Below are positions 13,496-27,190 of a DNA stretch of 64,000 nucleotides, piece after piece. The position numbers were made by a program, and so were the translations under genes. Source of the stretch: Octopus vulgaris. Taxonomy: Eukaryota. The stretch is from the NCBI GenBank assembly GCA_951406725.2, contig OX597816.1:102114001-102178000 (forward strand), in the 5' to 3' direction. The notes below the pieces were generated by a model. The model was not told where the DNA came from. It did no database searches and saw only the letters and a list, made by a program, of their open reading frames with translations. Positions within the stretch are counted from its first letter, which is position 1. The number at the start of each line of letters is the position of its first letter.

Positions 13496-14097
13496 TTAAG
13501 TCATAGAGAAGGGAAAGGGAAATTAATTCAATAATTACAGGTGAAATATAAGGCAAAATTCAGTGATATATATAAAGAGGCTGAAATTTGTTTTTGAATT
13601 AATGTCAAATTTTCTAAAAAAAATTGATTCAAGTTAAAACTTGGCATCATTTAATCCTACAGAATTGAATTTCTGATTGAACTAAATGACATTGCTATTA
13701 TTATTTACTTCAGATCAGCCTTGATTTGATCATCCTTTTGCTTTTTAGGACAGAATACCTAGAACAACATTATTATATATACCCTATTTTTAAGACAGTA
13801 GGTTGAAATTTGGAGGAAATTTGACTGCTATTTCTAGAGTGACTTAAATAGAAGCTTCCTTGTTAGCTTGTAGACTACATACATAGTTTTAAGGTGCAAC
13901 TGTACTGAACTGTGCTGAAGAGTAAAGGAAAGTTATGTGGCTTATTCTGAAATATGACAAGTAAAGCTCCTTAGTTTTCTTGCAAAATTTCCTTAACTTA
14001 GCCTTATACTCAATGTACATCATGTTTTTGATAGAATGCATCATTTCATTTAACAATATGATTGCTAATCTGTTTAATTTCAATCTTTCTTTTACAG

Positions 14098-14250
14098 GGA
14101 ATTACTCGGAAAAGTTGCTCAAGTATCTATTGCAGATTTGAAAAGAGTTGGTCCAAAATATATTCCAAATCTCTTTGACCCTGCGAAGAACCGATGTTCG
14201 GTGTGTTGTCACCCCTCAAAGGTTGAAGAAGTATGCAATGGACTAAACCA
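14098..14250 (+). CDS. M16C-like protein exon 13
   Basis: tacag|G GAA...AACCA|gtaagt; ELLGKVAQVSIADLKRVGPKYIPNLFDP...VCCHPSKVEEV. Confidence 0.92.
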
Positions 14251-15488
14251 GTAAGTTTTCTTTTCAGCAGTTCTTAGTTTTTACTATCTTATTACTACTG
14301 TATAGGAGAGGTGATGGTTGTTCAACCAACTACATTTTTGCCACTACATATTTGTTAACCCTGTGCTAACATATTTAATCATATTACCTTCACTGATTTT
14401 ATAATTATTATTACTATTTTTTTTTTGTCCACTTTTACCACATTTTTTTGTCTTCCTGTTGTTTTCATGTCCACTCTTAAATGTCTGCATCTCTCCTCAA
14501 TTTGGAAAGTTTGCAATGATATTAGCAGTCAATAGATAACTTAACGTTCAGTTTGTCTATGTGCATCAAATAAGCATTTAAAAATAACAAGGTTGTGATA
14601 CTGGACTGCCAACCACATGGACATGAATGAGTTGAAACCTTGCTACTGAAGATATTTGTAGTTTAGTGGATAGTGGTAGAAAGCGCATTCAGCTATAAAA
14701 GCAATCAATTGCTTCAACAAAATTTATCCCACTTATGAGAAGAAAAATGTTAGATGGTGTTGAAGTGTTTGATAAATTATTGATTGTGATATGACAAATG
14801 ATTGTATGTAGTGTACCTAGATACTGAAGGTATACATCATGTTCTGTATCTAGGTAGGGTAAATCAACTTAAGGAAGCAGCAAAATGATTGAGAAAATAA
14901 AGATATTGTACTACAAACTCCAGTTCAAAATTACTGTCTATATTTTGCTGTGTTTTTAGATTCACCCAACTGTGATGAAAGATATCAGATGTCTTGAGAA
15001 TGTGACATGCAATAAACAAGGTGTCCTATCCAAGAGGAGGTTTTAAAATACTGTCACTTTATCTACAATACCATAAAGCAAAGGTTAAACAGACTATTGA
15101 ATATCTGTTTAAAAGGCTTGGTAGAATATTCTGTATTTTCTCACTGGAGAAACAGAACTCTTGTCTGTTTATAGTACTACCTATTATGTTTACAGGTAGA
15201 TGAACTCAGCACTTTATTCTTGGTTAGACGAAAGATATCACCCCATCTAACATCTTTTGAGGTTATCACAAAAACACATGATGAATCCAGTATTGCAATC
15301 TTCAATATGTTCCTCTCTTAATTCACAGCTGGATGCAAAGCTGTAGAAAGTGTATCCAGCCTTAAAAACAAAACAGTGAGAGTGTACAGATATTAAAAAT
15401 ATATATATATGCTCAATGCACATACTTTATATATAATATATGTGATACTAATTTCTATAATTTGTTTTTTTTGTGTTTTCTTTGCCAG

Positions 15489-15552
15489 GGTTAACTTGAA
15501 GTTGGATGTATTATCAAGCATGAATGAGGACTTTTTGGTGAATGTCTGCTAA
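15489..15552 (+). CDS. M16C-like protein terminal coding exon
   Basis: Long pyrimidine tract, gccag|G GTT AAC TTG...TGC TAA; phase matches; spliced CDS in window totals 1887 nt (divisible by 3); AATAAA at 15689. Confidence 0.85.
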
Positions 15553-16084
15553 AGCTTAACTAACATTGTTAAGTGATGCTTCTACTTTACACAGAAACCA
15601 GCAACAATTTGTTAGACACTTTTGAGTTCTATTGTTGCTAACTTCAAAATTTTCAAATACCATTCTTCTGTTGATGATTTAAGGGTGTAATAAAGAACAT
15701 CAGATAAATAGTGTTCCTTATCTTTTCCCTAATGTTCTAGGGATGACTATTACTAAAAATTGAGATGAGCAGAATGTAAAATGAAACACCAGATGTCACA
15801 CTTCATCCAAGTATTTTTTGTTCAGTCATAGATTGCTCATTTTTACATTTGTTTTTCCATGCTTGCATGTTATTGCAACATTGGTTTACAGCCAAATGCC
15901 TTTCCTGATACTAACCCTTACTTGTTTTTGAAATAATAATACCTGTTTTATTCCACATGGCTTTGAAGGCATTAAGTAGACAGTTGATTAGACAGAAGTA
16001 CCACTAACAACACCACTGACATGCAGATGGAAACAAACACAAAAGACACGTGAATACACACACCCATAAATAAATGCCTCTGTG

Positions 16085-16240
16085 TTTTGCCATCTCTAAT
16101 TGTAGAGGGAACATGTGGAAGGGGTAGACCCTGGAAGACGTGGGACAAAATGGTGAGAAAGGATCTACAAACGTTGGGACTCACAGAGGGGATGACAGAG
16201 GACCAAGACTCCTGGCAGTTTGCTATTCTTGAAAAGACAT
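16085..16240 (+). mobile_element. RTE-X LINE 3' fragment
   Basis: VEGTCGRGRPWKTWDKMVRKDLQTLGLTEGMTEDQDSW, RTE C-terminal signature. Confidence 0.75.
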
Positions 16241-18199
16241 GTCAATTTAAGTACACGTGTGGTTACCTTTGCATACAGGCTTGTCCATTGCAGCTCTCTC
16301 CGGCTGAGTATCCCTAATTTTGCAGGCTTGTAAGTGCTGGTGCCACATAAAAGGCACCTGTGCCAGTGCTGCATAAAAGCATCCAGTACACTGTAAAGTG
16401 GTGGGCATTAAGAATGGCATCCAGTTGTAGAAACCATGTCAAAACAGACATGGAGCTTGAACAGCCCTTCAAATGGTATCTCCTGTCAAAGCATTTACCA
16501 TGCCAGCATGGAGAATGGACATTAAATGATGATTATACACCACCTGGCATAAGGCCACCACCCCCTCTCAAACACAACCCCCAAACATACATAGCCTTCT
16601 TTTTTTTTTCTTGTTTTACAAGTTATTTGGCAACTTCATTAGTGCCAATGGCACAAAAAAGGCATCCAGTATGTTTTGTAAAATGGTTGGCATTAGGAAG
16701 GGCATCTAGCTGTAAAAACCATGCCAAAGCTGACATCAGCTCAACAGTCCTGCAGCTTATTAGATCCTGTGAAACCATCCAACCCATACCAACATAGAAA
16801 ACAAATACAAAGTGATATGCCAGGCCTCTTTTCAGTTTCCATCTACAAAATCCCCAAATCCACTCCAAGACTTTGATTGGTACAGAAGACATTTACCCAA
16901 AGTAGGTGTCATGCAGTGAGGTTTGATCCCAAAACCATGTGGTTCAGAAGTGAACTTCTGAAGCACAGCCATACCTGCAACTATTTTGATGACTTGAATT
17001 ATTTCTTTTATTATAACATATGAATCTTAAAACAAAAGGAAACTATGAAATTATTCTAGTTGTCAGACATGTTATGTTAACTTACATCAGAAAGATGCAA
17101 AATATACATGTAAAAATATATATTGTTCAATTAGGACACGTGTGTGTGTGTACTTATAAACCTTTGAATGTTTTCAGCCATTTTCTTTTCTAAAGTTGGG
17201 GTTGCTCTTTGTATTCCTCGTGGTTTCTTTCTTAAGGCAGTGTTTTAAAGCCTGATACCCCTCTTGTCATGAATTCCTTCAGTCACCTCTTATGACATGC
17301 AGGGATATGGTATGCTTATTTTAAAACAGGGATACACATGGTTAAATACCGAATATGTAAATTTATAATATATGAATTTACTCTTAGCTTTCAATGCATA
17401 ACACTTATTTACTGATAGGCTATCAAACCTTGAGACCTCAAAATTCTTTATAACATTGTTGCACAGTTTTCTCTATAATTTACAAATAAATTTGGATTTC
17501 AGTTTATTTTTGTATATGAAGAGGGGTTCACCAATGTTCCATGCACTATCATAAGGTTTAGGAGAATCTTGGTTAGATACTCCTCACCCATCTGACAATT
17601 ATATATCTGATTCATCTGAGACTGGATGATAAGAAGTGCTTCAGTAACTGAAGTCATGGATGTGATGCAAGCATCAACCTGGATCTATAAGGAGTCAAGT
17701 CTGATTTGTAAAGCAAGGTAGAAGGGACTACAGCTTGATATATACACATCAATATTTATTTATCTTCAAAGTAAGGCCTCTCACATTTCAGATAAATTAC
17801 TGCAATTTACCAAAGGAGGCATTTGCTTAGGATAATCTATTCACGAGATCATCATCCAGGGAAATTTGCATCTTCCTACTACCCATGTAAGGGAAAGATT
17901 TTACATCTTATATTATGGTCGTCTAATTGTAGGAAATTGAATTATAAATTCATGGGAAACTTTTTGCAAATATGGAAGCGCATGCATGTTCCTTAGGTTT
18001 TTGAAGATGCTTCCATCAAACATATTTACAAAAACAAAAGCAATAAAGTAATTTCTGGTAATCCCAGTTTTATTTCCCTTTCTACTATTAGTAAATTTCT
18101 GGTTTGTCCTATTCTACCTAAACAAACTCATTACTCAAGTTGTAGATAATTTACCCTGAACCCCTGCATGACTTTAAGCCAGATAAAGAAAGAAACATT

Positions 18200-18700
18200 T
18201 TGACATTGCCTTTGGATCAGGTTACAGAAAAAAGTATGAGATATCAGGCTACATTGTTTTTGTTGACCTTACCAAGACTTTTGATAAAGTAACAACAGTA
18301 GGAGGCTCAAAAGAAAAAAAACCTGCCAAATGTGATTATTTCCCTTCATAAAGGTATGAAGGCTGCAGTTATGACAGCAACAAAATCATTTGGAGACAGT
18401 AACGGCACCTTGGTTTCGGAACTTTTTTCTCTATATTTCTCAACAATTTGTTTCTCATATTAATGGAAGATGTTTTTCAATTACCAGAATTTCAAAGCGA
18501 ATTACATTACAAACAGAGTAAATTTGATTCTCAACATGATAATTACTGCTGATGCAGCAATCATGGGAGCATCTTTTGATAGTTCTCTGTTGTATAACAT
18601 TTCTCACATAATGTTAAAACCTTTGCTTTCATCATAAGATCAAATACTATAAGGCATTCTGTTTGTTGTAATGACTGTGAGCACCGCTGGTTTGATTATC
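18200..18700 (+). mobile_element. Degenerate RTE-type reverse transcriptase remnant
   Basis: FVDLTKTFDKV motif at ~18259, with many frameshifts. Confidence 0.5.
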
Positions 18701-18727
18701 ATCTTATAATCTCACCAACACTCTTTT

Positions 18728-18922
18728 CATCATCATCATCGTTTAGCGTCCGCTTTCCATGCTAGCATGGGTTGGACAGTTCAACTGGGGTCTGGGAAGC
18801 CAGAAGGCTGCACCAGGCCCAGTCTGATCTGGCAATGTTTCTACGGCTGGATGCCATTCCTAACACCAACCACTCTGTGAGTGTAGTGGGTGCTTTTTAC
18901 GTGCCACCGGCACAGGTGCCAG
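18728..18922 (-). mobile_element. SINE family C (RTE-like tail, (ATG)n end)
   Basis: (CAT)n CGTTTAGCGTCCGCTTTCCATGCTAGCATGGG...GGATGCC.TTCCTAAC; related copies at ~16330, 16640, 23660, 27510, 31480, 45050, 49320, 55740 and 56975. Confidence 0.75.
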
Positions 18923-19199
18923 AGTTTGTACAATGAAAGGTAGATCTGGATTGATTGTAGAGATTCTAGAGCCAAATACCCTATATTCTCAAGAAAACAG
19001 ACTAGCAAAATTATAAATAGTTATGGTTTCCCAAGAGGAGACAATAAATAATGCCAGGTTTTGGCTCAGAAGGTATACAAGCTAAAAGATTATTGTAATT
19101 TCCAAGAAGTATTGTGTAATAGAGAGGAGGAGACAATTGGACTGGAATATGGAAGACAACTGGATTTTCCTCTCAGTTGCAGACCAGATTTGTATGTAG

Positions 19200-20520
19200 A
19201 ACAAACTTTTGGTACCAGACAAGCTAACACTGGTACAGTAACAAAGGCATAAAAACTGAGACAGGACTGGAAAGTGTGAGAGAAAAGTACGGAGCATAAA
19301 ACATCGGGTAGCTACAAGAAAAGGTAGACCTCATGTATATCTAGAAGTCTGCCAATGTTTTGTGTTTATGAGGAGCAGTAGAATAAGGTGTTTAAAGAAC
19401 TTGAAAATGGAATCAAGAGGTCTAAAAGATTTTGTAATAGCTAGCAGTAAAAATACCAAAGAAATTAAGTCTTGCATAAGGACATTGAGAAACTACCTTC
19501 AAATGGAGCCAGCTGTCAAGTTTAGTTTCAATAAGAAAAATGAAAGAGAAAGCAAAAAATTCATCCGGATTAGTGGAGGCAGTTAGAGGCCTGATACTGA
19601 TGAAATATGCCTTGATTGTAGTTGAAAATTTTGGTGAAGTTAATTTAGAAGACAGATTAGATAAGCTGCAGTTTGGAGTGTGTACCATGGTGTATAACCA
19701 CAGGTATGACATTAAAACAGTAAAACAGCTGCAAGAGAAATTCTTCATTCAAAACAATCCACTCATGGTACCCTAGTCTGTGCTAAAGAAATCAGGTGTA
19801 GATGAATGTCTTATGAAAGCTGTGTAACTTATGTACTGGGGTGATGTTAGTAAGGGTAGGTTTTACAATAAGAAATTAAGCTTTCAAGTATTATAAATAT
19901 CTTTTAGGGTTGCTCCACCCTTATCCTATTCATTACAGTCCTTGAGTCTACAAAACAAGTTTTCAGTACTCAGAAACTTAAATTGAAGTCCTGGTTCTCC
20001 TGGCAGAAACTTTTTGAGAAAGGTTCCAAACTTGTAAGTTAAGTTAGAGCCAAACATGGAAAGCCTAACGTACCAGTTAGTAAGACAGGGAGAGAGCATG
20101 AAATCCTTGTTCAATATATATTTTAGGAACTTGATACTCTATACTCAGGGTTAACAATGGTGAGGAGAGCTCTTGGGCAAGATTACTGAGAACCAGGATT
20201 CAAAATGTGATAGATGCACAAGAGCAGTAGTCTCAAGGCATTGGTACACTGGGCAATTGCTCAGCAGGTATAGAATCCCAGTGCTGTGACTTGTTATCAG
20301 TAAAGAAATACTACAGGCTCCATTACCTAGGAAGGGGCCAATAATAGGGTTAGTCATAACAGAAAGTTCATGAATTGCTCATATTTATCAGTAGATATAA
20401 ATCTAACATGTGATCTAGATATAAGGAAAGCTTAAGTGTAAGGAAGGGCTGCAAGAAGTTGTTAGCATTGTTGATGAAAAAAGTTTCTCTGTATACAAAT
20501 TTTATGTTTAATCTGTGTTC
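19200..20520 (+). mobile_element. Highly degenerate RTE-X LINE remnant
   Basis: Fragments such as RGLILMKYALIVVE...LDKLQFG, VKQLQEKF and LRKSGVDECL in shifting frames. Confidence 0.5.
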
Positions 20521-21436
20521 GAGACAAATGTGAGTTGGGTTTTTTTTTCAAAACTTATGGAACAATGAACAGCTTCATCTACTGATGATTTGTAGTTCTC
20601 AAATACTTCTTTTTTTCTTTGTGTGAAAAACCAACTTTACAGGGTCACTCTTGAGGCACTTAGGTACGTGTTATTCAAATATCTGTTTGCTTGCATGACT
20701 GACATGGAGGTGAGTTCAAAATATCAACTTCACAAGCTGATGTCTTTAGCTTTTGTTTAAAACAATTTTAAAATATTATATTTTTATTTTTTGTTATATT
20801 TTTTAATGGCAAAAATAATACAATCTAACAAATTCTTGCACTGTGCTAGATAAAAGAGCTTATATAAAATAAATGAAGTCCTATATATGAAGAATTTATT
20901 TGACTGTGAATTGACCACTATACAAATGGTAACCTAACCACTGCAGATGGTTTGTCAAAGAACAGGATATTTGACTCCATAGTTATGGTTTTGATGAAAG
21001 CTAGGAACTCCCATCTTTATAGAATGGAATAGTTAAGTAGACAACAAACAAGAGAAGACTAAATGGATAGAGGTTCTTACTGATTAACCAACCAAGTGAT
21101 TGGTAGTTCATATCCTGTCACTGGTGTTGTGCTATGTCTATTGTGAAAATCTTTTCACAATGACTTGGTTCACTAAGCTGTACAGTTATGTCACAGGCCG
21201 AAATAATTTATTGTTGTGCTGAATTCAGTTCCAACTGTACAAAAATGTTGTTTATGATAAATATCCAAATGAATATTGATCTCTTTTCATCTTTTTAACG
21301 CTTTGGAAACTGGAGATAAATACCAACTCACTAGACAAGAGATATAAATATTAACTCAGTGGACAGGTGAATCTTTAAAAGGAAGTGATAAATAATTATA
21401 TCAAATAGTTTCCCTGACCTCAAGTATAACTCTAGT

Positions 21437-21935
21437 ACCCTCCATCAGGCATTTGCCATATCCTGAACGCCTTACTTCCCTGGGCATGGACACATTGAAA
21501 CTCCGACGTCTAGCAGCTGACTTGGCAGACACCCATAAAATTATCAACCATCGTACAAACAATAACTCTGAGCACCTTTTCAAACTCCACCCATCTAACA
21601 CCCGTGGACATATTTACAAAGTCAGAAAACAGCACAGCTCCCATGGCTTCAGGAAACATTTTTTCACGCTGAGAGTTACTGAAGCATGGAACAAACTGCC
21701 GGCATCAGTTGTTAGTTGTCGGAGCACTGCATCCTTCAAAACTTCCATGCTTCCTGAGATTCGCCAACACTACACTTGATTTTCTCCCCTCCATACACAC
21801 ACAAGCATATATCTGACTCATACATTGTTCGCTTTCCAGACATTTGTACATTACTGCATGTACTTTATATGCACTTTCTGACAAGTTGTGGTGCACCTGA
21901 GCACTGTATACAATTTTAATATTATTATTATTATT
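21437..21935 (+). mobile_element. CR1-type LINE 3' end, 5'-truncated, relatively young
   Basis: Intact ORF2 C-terminus YPERLTSLGMDTLKLRR...NTRGH...FFTLRVTEAWNKLP, 3' UTR and (ATT)n tail. Confidence 0.88.
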
Positions 21936-23881
21936 TTATTTATAGAATGACATCACAATGATACTAACAGGATTTGAACTCAGAACTATTCAACATAATA
22001 TCTGAAACCGGCATTCTAAAATAGCTTGTCAGATCTTTTAACCTCAATATGAGTCACTGCATATTTCACACAGATCCAAGTGAGGTTTTAACTATTTGGA
22101 CAATTATACTGAAGTGAATGGAAAATTTCTCTTCAATTTTGAGTATAATCATACTTAACACCAAATGATACTCTGATTACCAGAATAAAATGATTGTGTG
22201 AAGCCTTTTGGACACTGGAAATTCAGCACAATGGATTGGACAAAGAACCTGTTTTGGTGACAGTATTTTTTTTTTTTTTTTGGCACTGGAGGCAAATAAT
22301 ACATGTACATGCAGAAATATACACATATGGGGAGAGAAACATTGCAAGTTATTAATTGAACACAAATGACATAAACTTGCCCTCTCCTCATATACACAGA
22401 GAAATTTGCTCATACAAGAGGGAGAGAATGAAAGAAACCTTAAAACTTCTGATGTTAAATCAGCAAAACAAATAGGCAATGCCAAAATATATCATACATT
22501 CTGATTACAAAATGTATGCTTGATAGTAGTATTTAGTTTTATTATTCTTTGATCAGTTCAAATTTTACTAGGACCAATCTGCTTTGCTTTGGGCCCTCAA
22601 CTCTTTTATGGAGTCATGCAGGTGCCATTATGACTTATGGCATGTCTTGGGTACTAAAGGTCAATTTACATCATGCCAGCTACAATAATAAAATGGAATT
22701 GGAAAAGGTTTATTTAGATGGCCAGTTATCTATTTCACCTATATGAAAGAGAAAGCCTCTAAATGGTCATTCAACCTGTTAGAAATAACAACCAAAATAT
22801 GAAGAAAGACAGTTGGTAATGTAGTTCTAAATATGCTATGCCTTGAAGTTGGAATGGTCACAGCTAGGATGAATGCATTTTATCATACATAGGACTGATT
22901 TGTCATGACTAATATAGGGTCAGACAATATCAGCTTCATAATCAGCATTAGAGCAAGAAAATTTCATGTATTATGGTTACTTTCCAATCCTGTTCTATCT
23001 ACATGCCCTGTCTCACTCTATTATTGCTATCTGCTAGCCCTTGACTTGGGTGTTCCAACCACATGTAACAAGAAAATTTTTCTCTCACCATACCCCAACA
23101 AACTAATCTACATCTCTTTCTCACATTTCCTCCTTCATACACTATGCCTAGCTCTCACTCCCCAATACTGTCCGCACACCTCTGTATATGCAGGTCTTTC
23201 ACCACTTAGTCACACTCTTTAATCACTCCCTTCACAGTATCCTGCCACTTATATTATGGCACTGAACCTCAAGAGTATGCCCTGGCACTTTCCACCATAT
23301 GTATCTCTCTCTTCCTTTACTCAAACATCTCATTTATATTCTGATCCCCATTCCTTGTGAGTATGCCTGGCATTTTGCCACCATCTCTATCCTACTGTCT
23401 CTCACTCTCTCTCTCTTTCTCCTGCACTTCACTCAGGTTGGGCAACCGTGTATTTTCTTTGTGGAAGCATTCCTGTTTCTGTCTTCATTCTTGATCTTTC
23501 TCTCTGGCTGGGTAACCTTGTACTTCCTCTACAGCAAGACACCTGTCTCTCTCTCACTATAAACTTTTCATCATTATCTCCTCCAGTGCATCCTCCCCTC
23601 TTAAAGATTTTTTTGGTTTGCAAGTACTTGGCCAAGTGTCTTCTACTATAGTACAGGTGCTACTTAAAAGCACCCAGTCCACACTGTAAAATGGTTGGTG
23701 TTCAGAAGGGCATCCAGCTGTAAAAATCCTGCCAAAATAGTTATAGAAGTCTTGTGCGGACTTTGCCCAGGCTGGCTCTTGTGGAAGCGTCCCACCTATG
23801 CTAGCATGGAAGATGGACAGTAAACGATGGTGATGATGATGATGATGATGATATGTCAAAAACCAGAAGTGAAGTCTTTGA

Positions 23882-24092
23882 CCCTTTAGCATTTAAACCA
23901 GTCATATCAGGCCTAAATATTCTACCTGTTTTATGTTCAAACTGGGAAGATCTGGCTTCTCACACCTAACTTACAATGTCATTCTAAAAATATACAATCA
24001 CATCATTAAAAACACAAAGCTACAAGGTAAGTAATTGAAAACGGTGAATAAATAAGCATTATATTTGAGAGAGTACTCTGAATGCTGAAGAG
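23882..24092. mobile_element. piggyBac-like MITE
   Basis: TTGA|CCCTTTAGCATT...AATGCTGAAGAG|TTAG (decayed TTAA TSDs and TIRs). Confidence 0.6.
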
Positions 24093-24174
24093 TTAGAATA
24101 ATGGGCAATTAACGTTCATGCTGTATATTGTTGATTTTTTTCCATTTAACTCTTTTGTTTTTTTCTTATAACTC

Positions 24175-24548
24175 TTTCTTTTACTTGTTTCAGTCATTTG
24201 ACTGTGGCCATGCTGGAGCACTGCCTTTAGTTGAGCAAATCGACCCCAGGACTTATTCCTTGTAAGCCTGGTACTTATTCTATCGGTCTCTTTTGCCGAA
24301 TCACTAAGTTACAGGGATGTAAACACACCAGCATCAGTTGTCAAGCGATGTTGGGGGACAAACACAGACACACTAACACACACCCATATATATATATATA
24401 CATATACATATATACAACGGGCTTCTTTCAGTTTCCGTCTACCAAATCCACTCACAAGGCTTTGGTCAGCCCGTGGCTATAGTAGAAGACACTTGGCCAA
24501 GGTGCCATGCAGTGGGACTGAACCCAGAACCATGTGGTTGGTAGGCAA
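24175..24548 (-). mobile_element. SINE family B (tRNA head, internal microsatellite)
   Basis: TTTACTTGTTTCAGTCATT...GAAGACACTTG.CCAAGGTGCCA.GCAGTGGGACTGAACC; copies at ~16820, 30405, 32480 (opposite strand), 40760, 52845 and 57636. Confidence 0.75.
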
Positions 24549-25120
24549 CTTTTGTAAAAATTTAATTTATTTATTCTAAAATTGTTTTTCATCTTTATAT
24601 ATTCTAATGTTAATTATAAATATTTCTATATCTGCTCTGAAATAGAGAGTAGTATAGAGTAAAAGTCAGCAATAGGATAAGAGTTGTAAAAATGAAAATA
24701 AAAAAATTCACTTACAAAAAAAAAACAATCTACACAATTTTTTTTTTCTCGTCCATGGGAATTTCTCCCAGACAGCATTGGCAGTCCTTGAAATGTCACA
24801 ATAAAAATTAGACTCCAAAATTAAATCTTTCACTTAGGTCATGGGCAAATAAACAAACATACGAAAACAAAAATACAAACAGAGAGAGAGACGGCAGGTT
24901 TAAACTGGTTTCCTTCAATTCTGCTGTTTAGTGACAGGTAATGTGAAAATTATTGTTAAGTGAATGCTTTGTTGTGTGGAAGCTGTTGCTACATTGAGCA
25001 AGTAACTACATACAAAACTTTTAACCAAATTTTTTTTTATAGAATGACTGTGAGTTAGTGCATGGGTAAATTGAAGTATAATATATTTATTGTACAATGC
25101 ACAGTGAATTAGAATGTGGG

Positions 25121-25365
25121 GTACAGTAAAGTTGTATGGTGAACTGGTAATGGACATACAGTAAAGTTGTGCATAGTGACCTGATGTTTGACATATTGAA
25201 GTTGTAGATGGTGAACCAGTGTGTAAGATGTAGGTATGTCGTATATGGTGAACTGGTATGTGACATACAGTGAAGGTGTGTATAATGAACTGATGTGTGA
25301 CATATAATAGAGTGTGATAAACTGGTATGTAGTAATCTGATATATTGTAAACTGAAATGTAATGA
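25121..25365. repeat. Degenerate minisatellite (~36-bp unit)
   Basis: Recurring TATGGTGAACTGGTATGTGACATACAGTGAAGGTGTG-like units. Confidence 0.6.
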
Positions 25366-25731
25366 GTTGATTAAAGTTTAACCACTCGTGAATATCAATA
25401 ATCAATGGTACTGGTTAATGAGAATGGCTTGGTAGCATGTACTGTGCTTTTGCTAATTGTTTTAGGTGCCTTCTCAGACCTCTCACTCTTGACCTAGCAG
25501 ACTTTCCAGGATGTGGTAGTTGGAGGAAGAGAGAACTGCATCATTTCAAGTGAGAAGATTGGAGCAATATGAAATGAAGTGCCTTGCTTAAGGGAACACA
25601 ATTTGTGGTCCAGGGATTGAGCCTATAACTTTATGATCATGAAATCAACATACAGAAAAAAAAGTACTCAGAACAACTGTTATTACATTATTTACATTCA
25701 ATGGATATTTGTCCTCATCTTGTTTGTTGTT

Positions 25732-25777
25732 AACACAACATTTCAGCAGATATACCCTCCAGCCTTCTTCAGGTGTC
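25732..25777 (-). ncRNA. Minimal type-I hammerhead ribozyme motif (decayed)
   Basis: GACAC-CTGAAGA-A-GGCTGG..TCTGCT-GAAA-TGTT-GTGTT: stem I, core, stem II, GAAA, vestigial stem III. Confidence 0.6.
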
Positions 25778-25809
25778 TTGGGGAAATTTCGAACTGTAAC
25801 TATGTTATT

Positions 25810-27190
25810 GTTTAAACTTAGATCAGATATTATTCAGTTGACTTAGAATCAAAAACATTCAAGCCTTGACTATCCTGCCATTTCTTTTTTAGGAATAGTG
25901 TATCTTGGATTATATCATTTAATGTGTCCTTTCTCTTTCAAGATAGTGAGGTGCTATTTGAGAGAAATTTGGCTGCTATTTCTCACAGGTTAAACAATCA
26001 CAGAGACTGCTTTATTGACTTGCCTAATTCAATGTTGTTGTTTAGCCCCAGGTCAGTCCAGATCAAGTAATCCTACAATCAAAGCATTCCAGGTGTGACT
26101 ATCCCAACTTTATTCAAGCAAAGCTATTTAGACAATATCATAAAATCTAGCCTTCCGTTTTTTAATAAGGACGTAATTTTGGCGGAGATTTAGTTGCAAT
26201 TTTTAACAAGTCAGGTCAATCAAACATGAAAAGATTTTCTCATTAGTTTGTTTACAATGGCATAGGGATGAATCAGCATGCAGGGTACAGGAATTGCATC
26301 TGGAGGTCTAAGTTTGGTTTGGTTTTCTTTTTTATATTTTGCGAAATGAGTTTGTCACAGGTGGAATGGCAATGCTCACAACCTTTCTTTCAGCCAGCAG
26401 AAGTTTACCCAGACAAGAGACCAGGTCTGACCACTTACAACAGAATGGTCCCGCTAAAAGCACCTGAAGGCAACAGGTTAACTCTACCATCCCCAAAACA
26501 AGAATGACCCTTCCAATAGGTTTCCACACAGTTTTCATCAATCAAATTTCTCTAACAAGGCTTTGGCTTACCTGAAGCCCCAGTTGAAGACACTTAACCA
26601 AGGCACTATCGAACAAGAAAGCATGTAGTTGTGAAGATTGGCCAAAAGTTTCAAGAATTCATTGATTATGATGATGATGATGGTATCAGGTATTTCCTTA
26701 GGGAAGGCCCTATTATAGGACTTTATTGCAGGGTCAACTTTATTGTTATACTATTACTTATGCAAGGTCAAATTTGAGAGAGAAGTTTACAGTCTGTAAA
26801 GTCAAATAACAAAATTTTACACCTTTGAAGATGACAAGGTATGGGAGCCTCTATGTGGTTACTCAGCTTGCTAGAAACAGCAACCAATTCTTGCTCAAAT
26901 TACTTCCTACCATCTTGAAAAATGGGACATATCTTTAACACCCAAGATAAAAATGTAATGGTCATGGCTGAAATGTCTTTGATCATAGGTTTGCTCAGTC
27001 AGAACTGACTTATAGCTTGTATGTGATCATTCAACCAGCAATAAATCACACTCTATCTTAAATAAAGAAGGATGCACTCAACAAAATGTAGTCCCTGATA
27101 TACAAAAAGACCAGATGACCATGGCTGGAATGTCCTCCATTATAAGACAGCTTGAGTAGGGCTGACCTAGGACTAAAAAACAACATTTCT
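25810..27190. repeat. Cluster of an unclassified ~220-bp interspersed repeat (two copies in each orientation)
   Basis: TTGGCTGCTATTTCT..CAGG / CTAGAAA.AGCAACCAAAT and ATGGCTGGAATG motifs; also at ~13700, 22750, 36320, 51500 and 60270-60630. Confidence 0.55.

Noticed and set aside
14814-14856. 15-bp imperfect hairpin
   Set aside because: Short, intronic, one mismatch; no supporting context
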